Shown here piece after piece: positions 57,101 through 64,000 of a stretch of 64,000 nt of DNA. The stretch's first letter is position 1; each line of letters opens with the position of its first letter. Origin of the DNA: Acanthaster planci (taxonomy: Eukaryota); NCBI RefSeq assembly GCF_001949145.1, contig NW_019091356.1, forward strand, positions 1 through 64,000. Direction: 5' to 3'. The notes beneath the pieces were generated by a model, which saw nothing but the letters and a program-made list of their open reading frames with translations, did no database searches and was not told the DNA's origin. Made by a program: the position numbers and the translations under genes.

Positions 57101-60074
57101 AACTGCGTCCCAGTATCGCTACAATCTGACCGACGCAGTGCCAAGAGGGTTAGACACGGCACGTCAATGCACAGGGCTAATTGTTTCTGATTCAAGGAAC
57201 GATGTTGCTGTTGATTGCAGGAAACAGTTTGTGCACCAAGTTTAGTTTGCCAATCATTGACTAAACTAGTCAGGGAATTCAGATGGCTGTGAAATCCTTA
57301 GCAGGATGAAAAAGTGGTTTTGCAAGAGAAGCCCTTTTAAATTTGATAATTGTTCTGTACCTTGTTCTAGTCCCTCTAGGAAATATGGTAATGTTGATTG
57401 TTGTACAGTTGCTGATTTTTAAAATAGCAAACATTCACATGTCCTGACGATAACTACAGTGCGTAATTTCTATTAAGACATTACTAAGACATTATTGATG
57501 ATTTCAAATAAGCCCAGGACATTTTGTGAGGAATTGGTGAGTTCTAGACGGCAAAGGCAAATGACAAGGCAAATGGCAGCTGGTTGTATTTGTTCTGATA
57601 AAAAATATCTACCAATACCTAAGTCAACATTGACGAAACGGATAGAAACTGTATTGTAAAAAATCGAGGCTTAATTGGGTAACCCAGTCTTAAGACAAAA
57701 TCTGGTGATTCACAATTGAGGCTTAATTGGGTAACCGAGTCTTAAGACAAAATCTGGTGATTCACAATTCTTAATATCAAGAAACTGTTTTACGTTATAT
57801 TTAGCTTTGTTTTTAAAGCAAAAGACTACACAAGAAAATGCTAGATTGCTACGAAGTAACCTACACCCCCCCCAAAAAGAAAAATCTACAAATCGACTGG
57901 ATAGCATGAGAATACATCGACATGAAGTGAGACAGCATGGGGCTTAATTTCCAGTCCGTTGAAATTCGTTGTTACGTCGAAGTTTAACGTTTGCTGCTAG
58001 TTCATCTTAGTGCTAAGCCCACACTCTTGTAGGTTTCTGAAATTCTCGCTAGATCCGAACTTGGAAGCACAATAATTATTAGACAAATAGCTAAATTTAA
58101 ACTTCCATTGGATGAAAAATACGTTTGGCGCAACACACCTGACAAATAAAACAATGATGGTCATTGGGAATGTTATTCCGAAATGAATAATGGACTGCAT
58201 GTGATTCTAAAAAGCCTAACGTCACATATTTGCAATTTATTTTTTGTATAAGAGATACAATGATACTGCAACAATGATACTGCAGCAATGAAACTTTGGG
58301 GCTCGACAAACTGACCACATGCTTTTTGCCCCGACAAACGATGCTGGCGTCTTGCCGAGATGCTCCCACGTCACAGATACGGAATCTACGGCGGAGGCAA
58401 ACGTGTATTTCTAAGAAAGGAAATTTCGTGAAGTCAAATTAAACAAATGTTATTAGGGTTTGATGACTATAAAAATGACTAATAATCGTGGAGGCAATAA
58501 TTCTATGAAACAGGTGATGGTATTCAACAAAGATCATTTCAAGACTGTATTGCTGTCTACAATAGGGTTTTGTAACTGATGCTGCTTAAAGTTAAACAAT
58601 CCTTTGTGTTTTTAATTCGATGACCTCATTTCGGATTGAGTAGCTGAAAGTCCACAAGAGGAAATCCAATTACGCTGCACAACGTACGACCAGATTTTTA
58701 TTTCTTTTTTTTGGGGGGGGGTAGGATGGGTGTCGCCAATCTAGCCAAATAATTGTGTAGAATTACATAATTACACTTGGTCCTACCAAGCGAGAATATT
58801 TTGAGTGATTATTTGCATGAAATCAGGACAAATTTTGTAATAGCACTGAAGATAAAAACTCACGAATAGAAAAATCTAGACAATGCCCTGATCAAACAGC
58901 ACAAAAGAGAGCAGAGTTCACAAAGTTCAATAAATGTATGAAAATCGTCCCTTGAAGTCTGCAATCGGGGTATAATTGAACATCTGTCGCTTTATCGGTA
59001 CAGTATTGTACTATCAGGTTTTATTTAAACCCCTTCACGAGAATTTTCTTATAACGTGCCGATCGACAAAAGAGGTTTCTCTATGAAAGATTGAAACATG
59101 GAACGTTTTGGAAACGACCTCGTGTGATTTGTGTTTCCGCACAACGCCAAGACAAGCCTGAGACCTAGGATGCTGGGATATTCACAACCGAAAACATCCA
59201 GTCAGAAGCCCTGGATCATTTCGTCAATTTGATAATGACGAAAGAAAGATTTCAGCTACGTATAGTAATTTCAAATCATTTCAATTCCAAAAAATATAAT
59301 TATGAATTGTACGTCATTTTATTTGTATTTGTTTGTAGCGCATGATGTCTTCGTAAGGTTTACGAAAAAGCACGCGAATGAAATTCAACGACTCGAAGAA
59401 TATAAAGTTAAAAAAATCAATGGAGAAACTTTGTCTTGTAACAGAACGCGTATCTGCTTTGCTAATTCACTGCAATTCTATGTAATACAGGGAAAGACGA
59501 ACTACAGTTCAAAAAAGGCATTATATCTTGGTATCTCTTTAGCATGCATGTATTAATGATTTTAGCAGACAAACACGGCTTTACACATCTTTGTCCACCA
59601 CTGCAATAATAAATGGAAATTCCTCTCAGCTTAAAATTTAATGTCCAACTGAATTTAATTCATTTGTGACTTTCGTAAATTGCTCATAGGATGTATTGTA
59701 TAATTGATCATTCAAACAGTAAGACTCTTACCAGAAGATGGTCTATCTGAGTACCGAGTACAATAAACCCAGGCTGGCCACTGATCTTGTTTCAATCCCT
59801 TCTCGTTCACTACTTCTCCTTTCCTCACTTTCCCAGTAGTTTTGGTTTGCTTAATCTCGTTATTATCGTCTCTTTTGCCTCCATCTTCTTCTCCTTCTTC
59901 TTCCTCCTCGTAAGTGCATCGTCCGAAGTCCGGACGGAGGATGTTGTCGATAAAGAAATTGGTGAACTTAGTCCGAATAGACAGATCGCTAGCCGACTCG
60001 TGTCCGCTGTCATCGTCGGCACTGCTGGCGCGCTTCTCGGCCTCACTGTCTTTCGACATGGCAGCTCCGATCAT
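48147..60074 (-). CDS. en: Engrailed homeobox transcription factor, 241 aa (236 aa from the second ATG)
   Basis: Exon 1 60074-59732 and exon 2 48529-48147, separated by an 11.2-kb phase-1 GT-AG intron. EH1 [16 protein letters not shown]2 [19 protein letters not shown]. Homeodomain [26 protein letters not shown]5 [17 protein letters not shown]. Confidence 0.98.
57666..57769. repeat. Tandem duplication 52 bp x2 (one mismatch) in the engrailed intron
   Basis: gaggcttaattgggtaacc(c/g)agtcttaagacaaaatctggtgattcacaatt at 57666-57717 and 57718-57769. Confidence 0.92.
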
Positions 60075-61041
60075 TGGTTCTCGGAGTCTATCCCCATGCA
60101 GGTATTATGACTTCACGGCAACCTTCAGAGTTTCTTTTAGTCACAAAGTGGCAGCTACGTTTATCAAGAGTCAGGGTCGGCTCGACTGAGACTTAAGTGG
60201 ATGGGCAGAGCATATAGGCTTAGTTGTTAATCCAAATCGTTTGAGCACAGTGATCACCAACTTTGGTTACTTCCTTCGCACGTTTCAGTGATGCATTACC
60301 TGCTGGGTCAGTAGCCGATAACGTTGCTTACAAATATGAATGTAGACCGATGACCAACTTAAGATCAACTGACGTTTACTTTTATTATCGTTTCTTGTTT
60401 TCCCCAGAAAGTTTTATCTCGGAGATTCACGTGCTAAGTACACTTCTAACGTCATTTATCCCTAGCTATACCGTAATACCACTTGACGCTGCACATCCGT
60501 AAAACTCCACCTTTGTTGACGTTTTGCCGAGTTGTTTTCCAGTAAACAAAACAAAAACTACAAAATTGAACTCTGGATATGTCAATCAAGGAGGAGCGAG
60601 TTGATATTTATGATTTTTGTCACAGGTCAGAAATAGGTCTTTCACGAAGGGTCTCTTGCTAAGTGCACAATGGTCACTACCACGAACCTGCTGTTACGAG
60701 TCTTTCCTTGTTTTCGATCTAAACGTCAGATAGACTACAGAGACATAAGAACAGAAAAATCACCAGTTTGTCCATGGCAAAAATAATCCAGACGGTGTGA
60801 TGCGGCGTCGCCTGCGGCCGACCAGTCTTAACACCCCGCAGTGTTACCTCTCAATGCAGTACTTTGTACGGCACGAGCATCCGGGCGATCTTTGAGCGTG
60901 ACTTGCTATTATTGTGATCGCGTGTGTGCAGGAGTGACTTCGGCGGTTTAAGTTGCTAGCGTTGGTGCGATTCGAGGACAGTGAATGCTGTTTGGAAACT
61001 TGGTGTCACGTGGCTGGATCGGTGCCTCTTAACGCAGCCTT

Positions 61042-61075
61042 GAATGAGGGGCATCAAATTGTTAGTTATTATATA
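61042..61075 (-). promoter_or_regulatory. Candidate engrailed core promoter (TATA + initiator)
   Basis: Minus-strand TATATAA starts at 61075. A consensus Inr TCATTC has its A at 61045, which places the TATA at -30. Confidence 0.55.
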
Positions 61076-62364
61076 CAGTACCTTCGTATAACCATCACAA
61101 AACAGTACGCCGGGTCATTAGATATCTGAAATTCAGCAGAGTTCCCTTGCGCCCAAAAATATTGTATATGCTCAAACGGACAAGGTGAACAAATCATAAC
61201 GAAATACTATTTGTTACAAATGTTACGGACTGAATTTCCGTAATAATAATCTTTGGTTGCGTTACAAAATCTGTAGCGCAGTATTATTTAGAAGCGTGCC
61301 GTATGATTGCAGGTTAGTCCATGTTCAAAAGAGATCTTTTGTGATATGCTGCAAAAATAATAGTTATGTTTGTTGTTTTGCTCGTTGTTTTGAAGCAAGG
61401 CTGTGTAAATGAGTAACTAGAAAACGATGTATTGATTTGTCCCTCAAACAACAGAATCACTCTTTGCTAACAATTTTAACTTAGCATTCTCGATTATTTG
61501 TGTTGGTTGAACTACACCACAGAAAAATACTAAGACGATTTTTTTTCACATTAAGATTGAAGGAAAGGTCAAGTTAGCATTGTAATTACGAACTGCCAAT
61601 TATTTAGGATTTAAACATTTTCCTAAAAAATACCAGTCCGATCAACGATACACACATCAACAGCTGAAATGTAAACGGGAAGAGTTTTGCGAAACAAATG
61701 AAAGCGACTGGTGGAGCAACTGTTTGCCTGTCATTACAATGAATTCCCACTTGGCCCGTTCGTCACTTTTTTGTTTCGTTGAAATTTCGGAGTCTGCACT
61801 TTCGACGGAGCTAAAGGTCGCTACAGATTAATCAATGTCCACTGCACTTGTACTTTGTTTCAACCTGATATAAAATCGCCAGTGCAAAGAGGAAGTGAAG
61901 ATTTGTACCTCGATCTTCTCCTAAATTAACGAGTTCTAAAAACACTTGTTTGGCATCGTCAAGTGTTAACGTATTGCAATAGTTCTCTGAAAAAAAATAA
62001 AAGTCAAGACACGGGTCACTCTTTTTTAAATAGCACAACAGGGTGACGAAGATTGGTGTCGATGTTGTAAATTATATCGAAAACTAAAATAAAAGTAATG
62101 CCTAACACCAGGAAAACGAGTTTAAGTCACGTCATCGCTTAATATGATGCAAACATTCGCATTAATTATTGGGGACAAAGGCTACCACTCTGTGGCTCTC
62201 CAAGCACTGACGTACTTGTACTTGTTGGACCAATGTTCAACCACCCGAACATCATAACTATATTTCAAGCCCTTCAGTCATTGGTAGACTTAAGACCTCA
62301 ATTTTATGCTCCACGGGTATTGTAACGACTAATCTGTCTCACTTTAATGGCAAATAAGTGAATG

Positions 62365-62612
62365 TAGCAGTAAATGCTGAATCCAGACATTCGACGATTC
62401 ATGCTGTAGATACTGAATATTCAAACATTAAGCGATTGATGCTGTAGGCCTGAATGCTAAATATTCAAACATTGGGCGATTAATGCCGTAAATGCTAAAT
62501 TTGAAAATGAGGTGATTGTTGCTATTAATGTCAAATTCTAAGCTGAACTGTTGCTACAAATGCTACATTCTACCTTGACGGATTGATACTGTGGATACTA
62601 AAACTAAACTGA
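62365..62612. repeat. Degenerate ~35-40 bp minisatellite
   Basis: Recurring unit like atgctgtag/aatgctgaatattcaaacattxxgcgattxatgc, about 6 diverged copies. Confidence 0.6.
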
Positions 62613-64000
62613 GGTAACCATTACTTAACGTTGCTCACACCTGTCTTTACTTTGGGAAAAATTCGTCCCAAAAACGTGCAATAAATTTGTCCAAATTAAG
62701 CAAATGATAAGATCATTTTCATATTAATTGTTGATTGAATCAGCATTCCCTATTTTCAAACTTTTCACGGGGAAGATTTAGATATTGTTCCTTTAGCCTG
62801 CATGTTACAGTAAAAGGGGCGAGCTAGCCTCAATGTGTACATGCTACAACTTCAACTGTAGTTGTTCCAGTCACCGATGATACAGAGAAAGCAAATCTAG
62901 TCTGACGCGACATAGTTGGTAACATGAAATGATCAAAGGAAAATTCATCGTTCGTTTAATTCAGAACTCCTGTTCAGAATTAAATGAACCCACCTTATTA
63001 AACAATGAGTTCACAAACCCTCTATTATGTGAACCATTTTTATTCCAATCCCTGCATTAATTTGAGAGATAATCTTTACAGGTCGCATCATCTAGGATAA
63101 GACGTTGGCCTTGCAACTGATGAAAGTTTGGCGAATGCAACAACCGTTTATCGTCCCTGGAGGATTAGAGACTTTAAATGAATAATTTCCACATCCACAT
63201 CCTTTTCATTTCTTTGAGCAAGATTGCGAGTAATTTTCAATTTGGGTTGTTCTCTCACTGAACGGCAAGACGATACCTCTAAAAATATCGAGCTGGCGAA
63301 GGAAGATCGACCTCAAGTGTGGACAGAGTTGGCTCCGTTATCTGGTAACTTCTTCCTCTACAGCTAGCTGCACTATTGGGAGGTTGCAACTGGGGGTACA
63401 ACTTTATGAACTTGATGTTCATGTCACAAGAGGTGCACTTTTTAGTGCTTAAATGCTACGTGGACTGGAAGTGAGTGATAGTGACAAGTCCTGAGGTCTC
63501 CAGGGCTTAGACACCAAGTTAAAGGGACGGGGCTTAGTTTTTGAAAATATCTCTGGAACTTTTCATTAGGATGTGAATAATATTAACACAATTCCCAATA
63601 ACGCCTGAGTACAAGTCGTTGTCTGCTATACACTTTGAGGTTATTTTAAGTACAGCTCTCTTAAATACGTACCGTAGTCTAACGCTGTGTTAAGTAAACA
63701 GTTGGGGAATCATGTGCTTGACGTTTTAAAGACTACACGACGTCCTTTCCACTGAAACATTTATTCCGTGCGGATTACCCCGATGAAAAACTGGATTCGT
63801 AAAAGGCTAGGTTAAAATTGGATACATGGGGAAAACAAAATAGACAAAGGAATTACGGTACTTCAAAATCATTTCTTTTCACTTTGATTTGAACCAGTTT
63901 AGAAAGATTCACAATGCGAAAGATACGGTTGCCTATGTTGGAAACTAAAAAATATGGTAGCGTTATGCCATTGTTACCATCAAAGGGCGGACTTCATTCT

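Noticed and set aside
48530..59731. invected-type RS micro-exon in the en intron
   Set aside because: That micro-exon is known from hexapods. The two exons here already join as SSG|PR and no candidate could be supported.
62365..62612. CRISPR-like spacing of ~37-bp units
   Set aside because: The units are degenerate tandem copies without unique spacers, in a eukaryotic context with no cas genes.

Overview
AT-rich animal genomic DNA with spliceosomal introns. It is probably echinoderm: the Engrailed homeodomain [16 protein letters not shown] resembles sea-urchin En as I recall it. Five spliced protein-coding genes can be assembled by hand from GT-AG junctions that keep the reading frame. (1) A divergent GABA-B-receptor-like class C GPCR with at least 16 exons (+, 5607 to at least 21389). 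(2) An apparently unusual SPMAP1/C17orf98-related gene with two tandem copies of the family's N-terminal motif (+, 25072-31851). (3) A canonical 3-exon SPMAP1/C17orf98 orthologue (+, 32314-34748). (4) Dlx/Distal-less (+, 37930-41152). (5) engrailed (-, 60074-48147), tail-to-tail with Dlx about 7 kb away. The left 36 kb is rich in decayed LINEs and non-autonomous DNA transposons, while the Dlx-En block is comparatively poor in recognisable TEs. Best leads: the two-repeat SPMAP1 paralogue with RFX X-box promoters, the directly adjacent Dlx-En pair, and a GABA-B-like receptor lacking GABA-binding residues. All homology calls come from motif recognition, not database searches.
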